In this document: piece by piece, positions 40,953-51,731 of the stretch
Layout: the number at the start of each line of letters is the position of its first letter
Position numbering within the stretch: position 1 is the stretch's first letter
Assembly: GCA_963730605.1 (NCBI GenBank)
Contig: CAVSSM010000001.1
Coordinates: 416,001-480,000, forward strand
Reading direction: 5' to 3'
Source: an uncultured Chlamydiae bacterium
Lineage (GTDB): Bacteria > Chlamydiota > Chlamydiia > Chlamydiales > SM23-39
DNA: 64,000 bases
The notes under the pieces: model-generated
Databases searched by the model: none
What the model was told of the DNA's origin: nothing
The model's input: only the letters and a program-made list of their open reading frames with translations
Made by a program: the position numbers and the translations under genes

Positions 40953-43838
40953 TCACTCCGAGCCGTTTTGCTGTTCAATAATAGAATCTTCACCAATTTG
41001 CTCTTCGTCAGGTGTTCCGGAGACTACGCAGCAACGTATTATTAATCCAGCCGTTCCTAGAATTACAATCACAGCGGTTGCGGTTGCAAGCCAAGGATGT
41101 TCTGAAACCGCGTCGGCCGCATAATTGAAAGCATCTGCCCCCTTTTGCTGAATGCTAGCGCGTGTTTCGTTCGGAATCTTATTATAGCCAGCGATCATCA
41201 GCTGCGGCGTGTATCCGATGAAAAGATATGCAATGCCTCGCTTGGTAAAGCCCGAGAGGCTTCGGAATCTAGGGAAGCAAGTCTGAAGTAGGTTGACTCC
41301 TTCAACCAATAGAGTAAACATTGGAGAAGTCGTGGGATACTGACTAATCCATTGGCCTACGGTTGGACTTACGGATCGGCCCGTTTGGTTAATGAATCGG
41401 CCCGTATCGTTAAATCCTCGATCACAGAGAGAATTGCCAAGCCAATCCGCACTATCCTCACCCTTCTTACTGATAAAATTGCCAAACCGATCGATAGAGG
41501 ACTCTACAAAATTTATTTTTTCTACTGCCCAATGTGTCTTCACTTGGGCATAGTCATATTTCTGAGATGCAGTGATGATTCGCTCGGCAATTCTTGACTC
41601 ATCTGGAGTTATCGTTCCATTCGAGGCTAGAGTTTTATTCCCGTGCAAACCTACAACGTCTTGAAAGTCCTTTCTTATTTGTGGCACGAACATCTTATAG
41701 ATCGGATCTCGCACCGCATTCATTGCTAAAGGCTCGCAATGATTGATCCGTATCTGGTGTGCAACATATGCCTTACCTAAAGATGTTTGCAGTTGGGCCA
41801 CTGTACTTGGAATCAGATGAAGACATCTATCCCACAAGTCCCATGCTTGATTCAAAAGAAGATCTGTTCTGGTATTGCTTAATTGTTCAGAAACGTCTTT
41901 AAAAATGGGATCAAGGTCTATCTGGGATGAATTGAAATCGAGACGCTCTATGATATACCGCTCGTGATTCAAAATTTTGATGCGTGAAAATTTCCCTTGA
42001 CTGCACAATGGCTGCGTGAATTTTTTAACCGACTCAGAACGACAGGAACTCAAACTCCGGCACCGGGGGGACCGCGATGGGCGGGTGCGTGATCGAATAA
42101 AGGCTGTTCTCCTCTATGATGAGGGGTGGGCTCCCAAAGACATTGCCAGGGTTCTGTTGATTTCTGACGAAGCAGTTCGTCACCATGTTGACGCATACAA
42201 AACGTCGAAAAAATTGCGCCCCGAAAGCGGCGGCTCCGAGGAGAAACTATCCCAAACGCAGTCCGAGCAACTTGAGGCTCATCTTCAAGAACACACGTAC
42301 CTTTACGTCAAGGATATCGTCGCATATGTAGAAGTGACTTTCGGTATTGTCTATACCGTCCACGGATTGAGGGATTGGCTGCGAAGACACGGATTTTCCT
42401 ACAAAAAACCCGCCGTTGTACCCGGGAAAGCCAACAAAGAGCAGCAACAAAAGTGGCTCGCCGGATACGAGAAACTCAAGGCAGAACTCCTCGAGGATGA
42501 GACTATCTGCTTTATTGACGGCGTTCATCCAACGCACAATGTGCAGCCTGCTTATGGGTGGATCAAAAAAGGCGTGCGTAAAGAGATCCCAGCAAACACA
42601 GGACGTGCCAGGCTCAATCTTTCAGGGAGCATCGATGTCATCACCCACAGTGTGGTAATCCAAGAAGACGAGACTTTAAACGCAGAATCGATAATCCGGT
42701 TTTTCCAAAAGATCGAAGAATTTTACCCGAGTAAACGAAAGATCCATGTATTTTGCGATAATGCACCGTACTATCGGAATAGGGCTGTGAGGCAGTACCT
42801 AGAAACGGCAAAAGTTTGTTTGCACTTTTTACCGCCCTATAGCCCCAATCTAAACCCGATAGAACGACTGTGGAAATGGATGAAGGAGCGGGTAGTTTAC
42901 AATACTTATTACGAGTACTTTGAAGACTTTAGAGGAGCGATTCTTGGTTTTTTCGCTGTATTGGCGACTATGACCGCGGAGTCAACTTTAGGCCGGGATT
43001 TAAGAAGCCGGGTTAGGGATAAATTTAGTCCCTTTCAGGCACCTGCTGCCAAGTTTTGAATTTCCTTGGGTATAGCTGCGCCCAACTTTGACACATCTTT
43101 TGTCGTTGCATCTACTGACAAAGGAAATAGAAGATCTAGACTAACATCTACCTTAGCTGGTTGTGGCACAGGCGGCTCAGGAGTCTGATCTGTGGTGTTC
43201 GTTGACGCGGAAGCCGGCGTCGGCGTCGGAGTTGGTACCGGCTCTGGCGATTTTGACGTTAGCATCGGCATCGGAGTTGGTACTGGCTCTGGCGATTTTG
43301 ACGTTGGTGCCGGCGTCGGAGTTGGTACTGGCGCTGGCGACTCTGGCGTTAGTGTCGATGGTGGAGTTGGTACTGGCTCTGGCAACTTTGGCGTTTTAGG
43401 TGGCTGCGGTTGCGGGCCGCTAGAGATCCTGGAAAAGATATAGCCAGAATTGTAAGCAAGAGCCAAGGTTCCTAGTGCTACCGCTCCGGCAACAAGGGCT
43501 TTATAAAAAATCGGTGTTGCCCATAAAGGGACGCTATTCGCTTTTAAAAAAAGAGTTTTGGTTCTAGCTGTCAACCCATGCAAATCTTCTTTATGAGCTT
43601 GATGTGCAGCCTGAAGTTTGCGGGTAAGTGGTTCATTACCGATCGCGATGCTGTCTAGATTCGCTGCTTCCACGAGAGTATCGAGCTTTACCGCAGTCTG
43701 ATTCAAGTCGACCGGTTCACCCTGTTCCGCTTTACTGATCTCGTCTTGGATTCGAGCGGCTTGCTGCGCCCTTTCTGCGTAGTTGTCTAATGTTAAGGTA
43801 AATTTTGTATTCGTTGCTTCTTGGGTTGATGCTGGCAT
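40953..43838 (-). pseudogene. Paralog 3, interrupted by IS630
   Basis: Near-identical to paralog 2 on both sides of the IS; the empty site TCTATGATAGCTGCG is present in paralog 2 near 39875. Confidence 0.92.
41956..43072 (+). mobile_element. IS630-family IS, copy of 10833..11949 (transposase 42016..43059)
   Basis: Same protein and ends; TA duplication at 41954-55 and 43073-74. Confidence 0.96.
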
Positions 43839-43935
43839 GGGCTTTCCCCCCCTTAAAAGCCCAAGCGTTGTACCACACAACCTATAAAAAGACAATGTCG
43901 CCCGTCTAATCACCTCAGTATGTTATCTTCGATTT

Positions 43936-44589
43936 ATGCAAATAAAGAGCCAAGGCATCCTGCTGCAAGTCATTCCATTTTTGGGGAAAGAGCGAGTATT
44001 CAAAGTTTTCATGAACGATGCCGGCCTTACCACCTTGATGGCAAAAAAACCTTCCCATGCACTTTTTTCCCCTTTCTGCATCGCGGAATGGATTTATCGA
44101 AAAAAACAAAGCGAAATGGTTGCTTTGACGGAGGCCTCTCTCATCGACAGCCTTCTTGACTTGCGGCAATCTTACGTGGCTCTGACGGCCGCCGGATCGA
44201 TGGCTAAAGACCTGCTTCGCACCCAACTGCCGGAGAGACCCTCGCCGGAGCTCTACAGCCTTCTTTTCAGTTATTTCAAGAAAATCGTTGTCTTTGAGCA
44301 TCCAGGTGTCTTAGCGGCCAGTTTCCGGGTGAAGCTCCTCCTCCATGAAGGGCTCCTCGCCCTCCAAACTAGCTGCGCCTATTGCGACCGGGAGGCGAGC
44401 TTCCTGGCGCAAGGGGAAAGCGTATGCTCCGCCCACACATCTCCTTTCGCCATCGGGTTTTTTCCCGCTGAATGGCAAATCCTGCACTGCCTCGCTTTCG
44501 CAAGACAGTTTTCTTTGCTGCAAGAGATCGATGGAGCGCCGGCGCTGAACGAAAAAATTTCCGCTTTGTTTGAAGAGCGCACGAAATAG
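43936..44589 (+). CDS. recO: DNA repair protein RecO
   Basis: GILLQVIPF, FSPFCIAEW, SFRVKLLLHEGLL, Cys cluster CAYC...VCSAH; chlamydial synteny. Confidence 0.85.
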   Translation: MQIKSQGILLQVIPFLGKERVFKVFMNDAGLTTLMAKKPSHALFSPFCIAEWIYRKKQSEMVALTEASLIDSLLDLRQSYVALTAAGSMAKDLLRTQLPERPSPELYSLLFSYFKKIVVFEHPGVLAASFRVKLLLHEGLLALQTSCAYCDREASFLAQGESVCSAHTSPFAIGFFPAEWQILHCLAFARQFSLLQEIDGAPALNEKISALFEERTK

Positions 44590-44595
44590 GAATGC

Positions 44596-44750
44596 GCAGG
44601 CAATCGGAGGTAATTAGAACATTTGATTGGAGTAAGAGGGTTTCTACTACGAAGAATATCCATTCTTTAAGGTTGTTTCGGTATAAAACTGCTCAACCTC
44701 GCCTTGCAGTGAGCCAAAAAACATGCTAGGAAGGTAACTTCGGAATAAAA
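44596..44750 (+). repeat. Collapsed cassette relic: box M4 plus fragments matching ~13024-13050 and 13235-13291
   Basis: GCAGGCAATCGGAGGTAATTAGAACATTTGATTGGAGTAAG; CTACGAAGAATATCCATTCTTTAAG; TCAACCTCGCCTTGCAGT...CTTCGGAATAAA. Confidence 0.85.
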
Positions 44751-44753
44751 TTT

Positions 44754-44826
44754 TGCACCGAAAGGGACTCGAACCCCTAACCCCTTGGTCCGAAGCCAAG
44801 TGCTCTATCCATTGAGCTATCGGTGC
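44754..44826 (-). tRNA. tRNA-Arg(TCG)
   Basis: Acceptor GCACCGA/TCGGTGC, anticodon arm CTTGG-CTTCGGA-CCAAG, GGTTCGAGTCC. Confidence 0.96.
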
Positions 44827-44852
44827 AAAGACGAAAACCTAGGTGATGAAGT

Positions 44853-44936
44853 TGCGAAAGGGGGGACTCGAACCCCCACGAGAGTGAACCCGCTACCACC
44901 TCAAGGTAGTGCGTCTGCCAATTCCGCCACTTTCGC
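44853..44936 (-). tRNA. tRNA-Leu(GAG)
   Basis: Acceptor GCGAAAG/CTTTCGC, anticodon arm CTACC-TTGAGGT-GGTAG, long variable arm. Confidence 0.96.
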
Positions 44937-44969
44937 ATGAAAGACGAAGGAATTATAGCCAAGGCGCTC

Positions 44970-46556
44970 TTATTGCGCAAACTCCCGAATCCAGGCGTCG
45001 GAGCTCAAAGGCTTGCCTGTTACATGGGCAATCAGCTCGCTCCAACTCATACTGTTTCCCGGGCGGAACAGCTTTTCATTGAGAAAGCGGCCTGCCTTTT
45101 CCGAAGAGAGGTCGGCGGATCCGGCCTCTTTGACTAGGATCTCTTGGATCGAGGAGGCAAACATCTCCCCGAGTAGGTAGCTGAAGTAATAGACAGGGGC
45201 AAGTCCGATGTGATACTTGGCCGCCCAGTCCCATTTCCCTTGACGGTTTCTAGGGAGAAGGATTTTTTGGTACTTCTCGACAAGCCGCCACCAAAGGGCG
45301 TTCAGATCTTGGCTGGGCTTTCGGTAGAGCTCGCTCTCAAACGCAGTCATCACCAGAACCCAGCGGCTAAAAATGAGTTGCCGCCGGCGCAAGCTTAGGT
45401 CGGCTTTGTTCCGGAGCGCTTCTTTCTCTTTGGAAGGGCCGACAAGGCGTCTCAAAGAGCCGCTCCGGTAAGCCTGGCGGCCGGCGATCAGAGCCATCGC
45501 CTCGGTGGGAATCATGTGAGGAGGCTCCCGAAGCAGCCAGGGAAGGCGCGGATCGTATCCAAGCTCGTAAATGGCATGGCCAAGCTCATGAAGGACCGTC
45601 TCGAGCCACTTCACCGAATTTTTGACATTGTTGAGGGTGCGGACATCGCTTGCCCGATCCACGTTGATAGAAAAGGCATGTTGGCTTTTGCCTGGTCGCT
45701 CGAACATGTCGCTCCGAGAAAGGATCGGGCTCACGTCGATACCCATCTCCTGGTAAAAATCGGCGCTGGCTTTAGAGATATCGACCCCGGCGACGAGTTG
45801 ATCGAGCTCTTCCGTATGGAGAGGGTCTTCTTGGCAAAATGGGTCGCTCCATGCCCAGGGCCCCAGTCGAGAACCGGGAACGCCGAACTCGTCGCTCAAG
45901 ACGCTTTCAATCTCCTTTACGAGGAGCGCATAGGCCTCATCCGATTTTTTGGCCAGATCGTCCAGGGTTTTCAAAAGCCACGCCGCGTCGACTTCTTGAA
46001 GATCGAGCTGCATTTGGAAATAGTCCGGATAGCCCAAAGACGCCGCGGCCTCGTTTCGTAAAGTAACGAGAGCGAGGATTTGAGGGGCGAGCACTTCTCC
46101 GATCTTCTTGGACGCTTCCCAAGCGGCCTCGCGCCTCTCCGGAGATTTTTCTTTCTTCAAAATGTCCCGGATTTCATTTTCGGAGATCTTTTTGCCATCG
46201 AATTCGGGGCGATACATCGCGTAGCTCATCGCAAGGGCCGCCTCTTTTTGAGCCATCTCTTCCAAAAGAGCTCGAGGGATCTGGTTCTGTTTGAAAGAGC
46301 GGATGAGGACGTTTAGCTGTCGTTTGAGGAGAGGATCGGCAATGGTGGGGTCTTTTTCCCAAATAAGGAGCTTTTGATAAACGGCAGGGTCGTTGAAAAG
46401 AAGTCTCAGCTCAGTATCGAGATCAGCTTTCAAGTCGGCTGCATCCGTGGATCCCGTCGTCTCCAGAATCCAGAGAGCTTTATTGAGCTGGGTCGATTTG
46501 CGCGATACGCGCGGCACAAAATCGGATAAAAAAGTTTCAAACGGATGCTTTAGCAT
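44970..46556 (-). CDS. M2/M3-type zinc metallopeptidase
   Basis: HELGH, downstream TEAMA, WAAKYHI...PVYYFSY; GGAGG RBS before MLKHPF. Confidence 0.88.
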   Translation of the reverse strand: MLKHPFETFLSDFVPRVSRKSTQLNKALWILETTGSTDAADLKADLDTELRLLFNDPAVYQKLLIWEKDPTIADPLLKRQLNVLIRSFKQNQIPRALLEEMAQKEAALAMSYAMYRPEFDGKKISENEIRDILKKEKSPERREAAWEASKKIGEVLAPQILALVTLRNEAAASLGYPDYFQMQLDLQEVDAAWLLKTLDDLAKKSDEAYALLVKEIESVLSDEFGVPGSRLGPWAWSDPFCQEDPLHTEELDQLVAGVDISKASADFYQEMGIDVSPILSRSDMFERPGKSQHAFSINVDRASDVRTLNNVKNSVKWLETVLHELGHAIYELGYDPRLPWLLREPPHMIPTEAMALIAGRQAYRSGSLRRLVGPSKEKEALRNKADLSLRRRQLIFSRWVLVMTAFESELYRKPSQDLNALWWRLVEKYQKILLPRNRQGKWDWAAKYHIGLAPVYYFSYLLGEMFASSIQEILVKEAGSADLSSEKAGRFLNEKLFRPGNSMSWSELIAHVTGKPLSSDAWIREFAQ

Positions 46557-46620
46557 CGAAACCTCCTCGGATCGTAAGCACAAAGACACGAATAGAAGAA
46601 AAATGGTAACATATTGAAGC

Positions 46621-46830
46621 ATGAAATGGCTCCTCCTTTTTTTCATCCGCCTCTACCAGGCAGCCCTTAGCCCCTTCGCCGGTCATTGCTGCCGATTTTT
46701 CCCCAGTTGTTCGGAATATGCCGCCCTTGCCATCGAAAAACATGGAGCCTGGCTTGGGGCCTGGCTTGCCTTGAAAAGGTTGGGGAAATGCCATCCCTTC
46801 CACTCCGGCGGCTCGGATCCGGTTCCTTAG
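46621..46830 (+). CDS. yidD: Membrane protein insertion efficiency factor
   Basis: CRFFPSCSEYA, KRLGKCHPF..GGSDPVP. Confidence 0.95.
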   Translation: MKWLLLFFIRLYQAALSPFAGHCCRFFPSCSEYAALAIEKHGAWLGAWLALKRLGKCHPFHSGGSDPVP

Positions 46831-48017
46831 GGAATACGAAGGACCATCCCTGGCACAAGACGGTCTTTTTCCAGACCGTTGCTCTGTATCAACGCATCGA
46901 CCGTAACCTTATGTTGCCGGGCGATCTTCCAAAGGGTATCCCCATCCTCGACTGTATATTCGCGGGGAACGCTCCGGGAAACAGCTTTTTGAGGCGGGGC
47001 CGGCAGAGGAATTGCAGGAGATGCAAAGCGGGTGATGGCTGCCTGGAGATCGATTGGCAGAGGAACCGTCTCCCCGGCAAAGGCGTAGAGCTTTTCCGCG
47101 GCAGCTTTCCATACGGCATCCGAGCGGGGCGACTGGAGTTGTTCGATGCAAAAACGCTCAGCTTCGTGCGATTTTTCACGCAAAAGATCGATGAGGAGCA
47201 GCACTCCGTCATCGACCAGCCGAGACTTGGCGAACAGGAAATCGGATTTGAGCAGAAGCGCCGCAGCGGGCGGGGCCCGGAGGGTAAGGTAAGAAAGAAG
47301 AAGAGAGCGCCGTTTGTCTAAAGATAAGTCAAGCTCCTTGGCTTGGGCCAAAGCAAAATGATCTAAAAGCTCCCAGGAGCCATCGAGGGCCAGGTCAAGG
47401 AGCAAATGGGGATCTTGAGAAGACCCCGTTTTTTGGAAAAGGGTCTGCAAGGCGTAGAACTCAGGCGTTGCAAAAAAGGCTTCGCATAAGCTCTGGTCTC
47501 TGCCGTTTTTTGGCCACTTTTGCAATGCGAAAAAAAGCCCTTTCGAAGTCAATGGCCATTTTTCTTGATAGGCGTAGTGGATAATAGCTTGGAACTCTTC
47601 ATCGGTAAGGCCGGGGTAAAGTTCGACCGTTTGCTCGTCTGTTAGGGCGACAGTGCGCCTTTGCCTGGGTGCGGCCGAAAGGGCTTTCTCCAGATTGAAA
47701 CAATGGGACGCGGTCAACGCCGACAAGGCAAGATCCCGCTTCGTATAGCCATCTTCGACAGGATCGCGGTTCGTAAGGGTTACGATGAGCTCGGAAAAAG
47801 AAAGTTGCAACATGTCGCTGAGCAGCTGCCGGTTGGCAGGCTCGGCAAGGCTCGGCCGGGCTGCCAATTTCGCGGCAGCCACCGGCAGGTCCTCCTGAAG
47901 CGCGGAAAAGACAAGGGCCATCACAAGCCCGATATTCAACGCCCCGCTAAAGATGAGAGCGATAGTCAATACGCGGAATTTATCCCAAGGATTGCTGCTT
48001 TCCATAAAGTTACTCAA
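46827..48017 (-). CDS. LysM-domain membrane protein
   Basis: N-terminal TM (ALIFSGALNIGL), C-terminal YTVEDGDTLWKIAR...LVPGMVLRIP. Confidence 0.9.
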   Translation of the reverse strand: MSNFMESSNPWDKFRVLTIALIFSGALNIGLVMALVFSALQEDLPVAAAKLAARPSLAEPANRQLLSDMLQLSFSELIVTLTNRDPVEDGYTKRDLALSALTASHCFNLEKALSAAPRQRRTVALTDEQTVELYPGLTDEEFQAIIHYAYQEKWPLTSKGLFFALQKWPKNGRDQSLCEAFFATPEFYALQTLFQKTGSSQDPHLLLDLALDGSWELLDHFALAQAKELDLSLDKRRSLLLSYLTLRAPPAAALLLKSDFLFAKSRLVDDGVLLLIDLLREKSHEAERFCIEQLQSPRSDAVWKAAAEKLYAFAGETVPLPIDLQAAITRFASPAIPLPAPPQKAVSRSVPREYTVEDGDTLWKIARQHKVTVDALIQSNGLEKDRLVPGMVLRIP

Positions 48018-48076
48018 ACAACATAAAAAAATAGAGGTTTCCTGAAAATTTGGGAAGAGGATACATTTGAAGAGCT

Positions 48077-50476
48077 ATGAAAATGCCCCTATCTCTCATT
48101 AAATCTTTTATCCAACTCGATTTGCAGCCATCACAAATCGCCGAAACCCTCACTTTGCTCGGATTGGAAGTCGATCGTATCGAAAACGAGCATCCCCTTT
48201 TTGCGGGAGTCGTGGTCGGCGAAGTATTGTCGGCAGACCCTCATGGAGGCGCGTCCAAGCTGAAAGTAGCTAAGGTGAGCGATGGGACCTCCGTCTACCA
48301 AGTGGTCTGTGGCGCTCCGAATTGCCGTCCTGGCCTTAAGACGGCTTTCGCAAAGCCGGGCGCAGTTCTTACGGCCGCAGACGGCAAGCAGAAAAAGATC
48401 GAAAAGGCAACGATACGCGGCGTAGAATCTTTCGGCATGCTCTGCAGCGAGGACGAGCTCTCCCTTCCCTCCCAAAATGAGGGCATCGTCGAGCTTCCCA
48501 GCGAAATGGAAACGGGAAAAAATTTAGTTCAAGACCTTTGGGACCCTGTGTTCGAAATATCCCTCACCCCGAACCTTGGGGCTTGTATGAGCGCCCTAGG
48601 AGTTGCGAGGGAGCTTGGGGCAGCCTTGGCCCTCCCAGTCCGCCGTCCTAAGGTTTCTTTGAAGACAAGTCCTTTGAAAAAGAAGATCCAGGTCGATTCT
48701 CACGATTTGAAGCTTTGCCCGAGATACATGGTTCGTATCATCGAAGGGGTGTCGATCGGCCCTTCCCCTTATTGGCTGCAAAAAAAGCTTCTCGCTTGCG
48801 GGCTCCAACCGATTTCCAATGCGGTCGACATTGCCAACTACATTATGCTGACATTGGGCCAGCCCCTGCATGTTTTCGATTACGACAAGATTGAGGGCCC
48901 GTCTCTCAAAATCGGGGCCGCTGCCGCCCCTCAAACATTCCTCGGCCTAGACAAAGTGGAAAGAGAGGTGCCGGTCGGCACAATTTTGATCTCGGACAGC
49001 CGAAAGCCCCTTGCGATCGCCGGAATTCTTGGCGGAGCAAACAGCGCGGTGACGGACAAGACGCAAAATCTTTTGATCGAAGCGGCTGTGTTCGATCCTG
49101 CAGCCATCCGGCAAGCGGCTAAAAACTTAAGCCTTAGAACAGAAAGCGCGCAGCGGTTTGAAAAAGGGATCGATCCGAACGGGACTCCCGATGCGCTCGA
49201 TGCGGCATGCGCGCTCATCGAAGAACTATGCGGCGGCCGCGTAGAGGCGAGCGCAATCGACTTGAAAAAAGGGACGTTTCCCCCGAAAGAAATTTGTTTT
49301 CGCATCGAGCGGGCAAACCAGCTTCTTGGAACCCGCCTTTCCATCAATGAAATCGAAGAAATTTTCAGCCGGCTGCAATTCTTATCCAAAGAAAAAGAGA
49401 GAAACGAGCTCCTCGTCAGCGTGCAGATGCGCCGCTCCGATATTTCAGAAGAGATCGACCTCATAGAAGAAGTGGCTCGCATTTACGGATACAACAATAT
49501 CGGAAAAGGTCATCAGCGCTGCAGAACGTCCCACATCCCCCATGATCCAACATATCTTTTCGAAAAAGAAATAAGGGAGCGTCTGGCTGGATTTGGCCTG
49601 CAGGAGTTTCTCAATTCCGACCTGATCAGCAAAAAGCTCGCGCAACTTGCCTTGGAATGGATTCGCCCGGGAGCCTCCCTGCTCACTGCGACCCATGCGA
49701 AAACAGAGGAATACTCGGTACTCCGCCCCTCTCTTCTTCCGGGCCTGCTTCAATCGGCCAAGAGAAACTTCAACTACAAAAATCATCACTTAGCAGCCTT
49801 TGAAATCGGCAGGATCCATTTTCTTCAAGAAAAGAAGCTGATCGAAGAGCCGATGGCAGCGATCGTCCTTTCCGGAGAAGCCGGCCCGTCCGATTGGAGC
49901 CGGAAAACACCGAAAAGCGATTTCTTCGATTTGAAAGGCTATTTGGAAAATCTCTTTCTTGCGATGCGCATTTCTTCTTTCACCATCCGCCCCTCGAAAC
50001 ATCCCACGTTTCATCCTCAGCGTCAAGCAAGCATTTATTGCGGCGAGATCTTCGTCGGCCTATTCGGCGAGATCCATCCCGCCCTCCTTGAATCCTCCGA
50101 CATCAAGCAGCGCATTTTGTATGCCGAGCTCAACCTTCATCTTCTAAGACTGCAGCCTCGGCCGCACGCGCGGATGTCGCCGCTACCCCAATTTCCTGTA
50201 TCGGATCGAGATTGGACAGTTTCCCTTCCCCTCTCGACCCCGGTCCAGTCGGTGCTCGAGAAGCTCCGCGCCGGAGCATCTATTCTTCTCGAAAAAATCG
50301 AGCTGATCGACTTGTACGTCCCTGAAACTGGCGCGCACAAGAATGCGACCTTCCGTTTTACCTATCGCGATCCCCTCAAGACAATTTCTTTCGAAGAAGT
50401 CGAAAATGCCCATGCTAGAGTGATATACACAAATGACTTCAAAAGTTGGGAAACTGCTGAGACTGCGGACACTTGA
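48077..50476 (+). CDS. pheT: Phenylalanine--tRNA ligase beta subunit
   Basis: VVCGAPNC, IRGVESFGMLCS, GQPLHVFD, RFEKGID, DLIEEVARIYGY, LRPSLLPGLL. Confidence 0.97.
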   Translation: MKMPLSLIKSFIQLDLQPSQIAETLTLLGLEVDRIENEHPLFAGVVVGEVLSADPHGGASKLKVAKVSDGTSVYQVVCGAPNCRPGLKTAFAKPGAVLTAADGKQKKIEKATIRGVESFGMLCSEDELSLPSQNEGIVELPSEMETGKNLVQDLWDPVFEISLTPNLGACMSALGVARELGAALALPVRRPKVSLKTSPLKKKIQVDSHDLKLCPRYMVRIIEGVSIGPSPYWLQKKLLACGLQPISNAVDIANYIMLTLGQPLHVFDYDKIEGPSLKIGAAAAPQTFLGLDKVEREVPVGTILISDSRKPLAIAGILGGANSAVTDKTQNLLIEAAVFDPAAIRQAAKNLSLRTESAQRFEKGIDPNGTPDALDAACALIEELCGGRVEASAIDLKKGTFPPKEICFRIERANQLLGTRLSINEIEEIFSRLQFLSKEKERNELLVSVQMRRSDISEEIDLIEEVARIYGYNNIGKGHQRCRTSHIPHDPTYLFEKEIRERLAGFGLQEFLNSDLISKKLAQLALEWIRPGASLLTATHAKTEEYSVLRPSLLPGLLQSAKRNFNYKNHHLAAFEIGRIHFLQEKKLIEEPMAAIVLSGEAGPSDWSRKTPKSDFFDLKGYLENLFLAMRISSFTIRPSKHPTFHPQRQASIYCGEIFVGLFGEIHPALLESSDIKQRILYAELNLHLLRLQPRPHARMSPLPQFPVSDRDWTVSLPLSTPVQSVLEKLRAGASILLEKIELIDLYVPETGAHKNATFRFTYRDPLKTISFEEVENAHARVIYTNDFKSWETAETADT

Positions 50477-50578
50477 AAAAGCTCGGGGGTTCGCTCTTTT
50501 GCAAGGGAAGCAGGCGGGCTCAAAGGCAGTGGCTGCCCGACGAAGGCAGAAACCAACTTGTGAAGTTGTTTGTGTATA
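50424..50578. mobile_element. TA-flanked MITE inserted in the last codons of pheT
   Basis: IR TATACACAAATGACTTCAAAAGTTGG / CCAACTTGTGAAGTTGTTTGTGTATA. Confidence 0.85.
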
Positions 50579-50652
50579 AACTCCTTGCCAAATGAACTCG
50601 GGTCGGAATAATATTTCCGTAAGTATTGCTCAATCCACCGAGGTTTTTTTCC

Positions 50653-51663
50653 ATGAAACGTTTTTCCCCATATTCAGCCTACATCGCTGCACTTGCTATT
50701 GCATCTTGCCAGACTATTGTTCCTCCTGACCAAATCATCTCGCAAAAATACGTGCACAAATACGGTTTTGATCTGTCCGAAGAAGAATGGGACCAAAGGG
50801 CGCAAGAGGGCCAAGTGATCGCAACGTTGAAAAACGGGGTGACGATCTCCCGCACGTTTGAGAATGGAAATCTCCACGGCCCCACGACCTATACCTTTCC
50901 GAACTCCGAGGTCGTTGAAAAGATTCTCTTATACGATCAAGGGAACTTGCTGAAACAGACTGTGCAGGATGCGAACGGCGTGCCGATCCGGGAAGAGGCC
51001 TACGAATTCGATGATCGGCTCATCGTTACTTTTTGGAGCGACACAGGCGTTCCGCTTAGCGTCGAAGAATATGATGGGGACCAACTCGTCGACGGGAAGT
51101 ACTTTTCTTCCGAGCACGAACTCGAAGCTCAAGTTGAAACCGGCAATGGTTTTCGAGTGAAACGGGATAGGTCAGGTCTATTGGTTTCTCGCGATCAAAT
51201 CGAAAACGGGATTATGTCGGTCCGAACGACGTATCATCCGAATGGCCAAATGCATACCGTTTCCCATTACCAGGATTATCTGCTTCACGGAAAACAATCG
51301 AAATTCACGATTTCAGGGCGCCCACTCATGAGCCTTCATTGGGATCGGGGGATCCTAGATGGGATCAAAACCGTTTATCGCAACGGCCTCAAAGTGGCTG
51401 AAATCCCATACTCCCAAGGCCAGAAAAACGGCATAGAAACCCACTACGATGATCTTGGGAATTTGATCGCCGAAATCTCGTGGCGCAATGACAAAAAGCA
51501 CGGCTGCTCTAAATCCTATACGGAGGAGAGCCAAGATAGCGAATGGTACTTCAACGGCTCCTTAGTTTCTGCCGATAAATTTGAATTGCTCGAAGTCCGC
51601 GAAGAGTTGATCGCCGATTTCAATCAAACAGACGGCGAAATCCAAGAACTGCACCAGAAGTAG
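50653..51663 (+). CDS. Chlamydial MORN-variant repeat lipoprotein
   Basis: Lipobox IASC, YVHKYG, GNLHGPTTYTFP, repeated HG motifs; follows pheT as in Chlamydia. Confidence 0.85.
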   Translation: MKRFSPYSAYIAALAIASCQTIVPPDQIISQKYVHKYGFDLSEEEWDQRAQEGQVIATLKNGVTISRTFENGNLHGPTTYTFPNSEVVEKILLYDQGNLLKQTVQDANGVPIREEAYEFDDRLIVTFWSDTGVPLSVEEYDGDQLVDGKYFSSEHELEAQVETGNGFRVKRDRSGLLVSRDQIENGIMSVRTTYHPNGQMHTVSHYQDYLLHGKQSKFTISGRPLMSLHWDRGILDGIKTVYRNGLKVAEIPYSQGQKNGIETHYDDLGNLIAEISWRNDKKHGCSKSYTEESQDSEWYFNGSLVSADKFELLEVREELIADFNQTDGEIQELHQK

Positions 51664-51731
51664 TATTGAAGAAGGGCAAGCAAGCGCTTGCCCTGAAGGA
51701 TCGGGGCCGGGGATGACCCGGGAGAGCGGGT

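Noticed and set aside
46620..46623. Head-to-head genes sharing a CATG (also at 28299-28302)
   Set aside because: The peptidase has a better RBS-supported start at 46556, and starts at the other site are uncertain; probably an ORF-calling coincidence.
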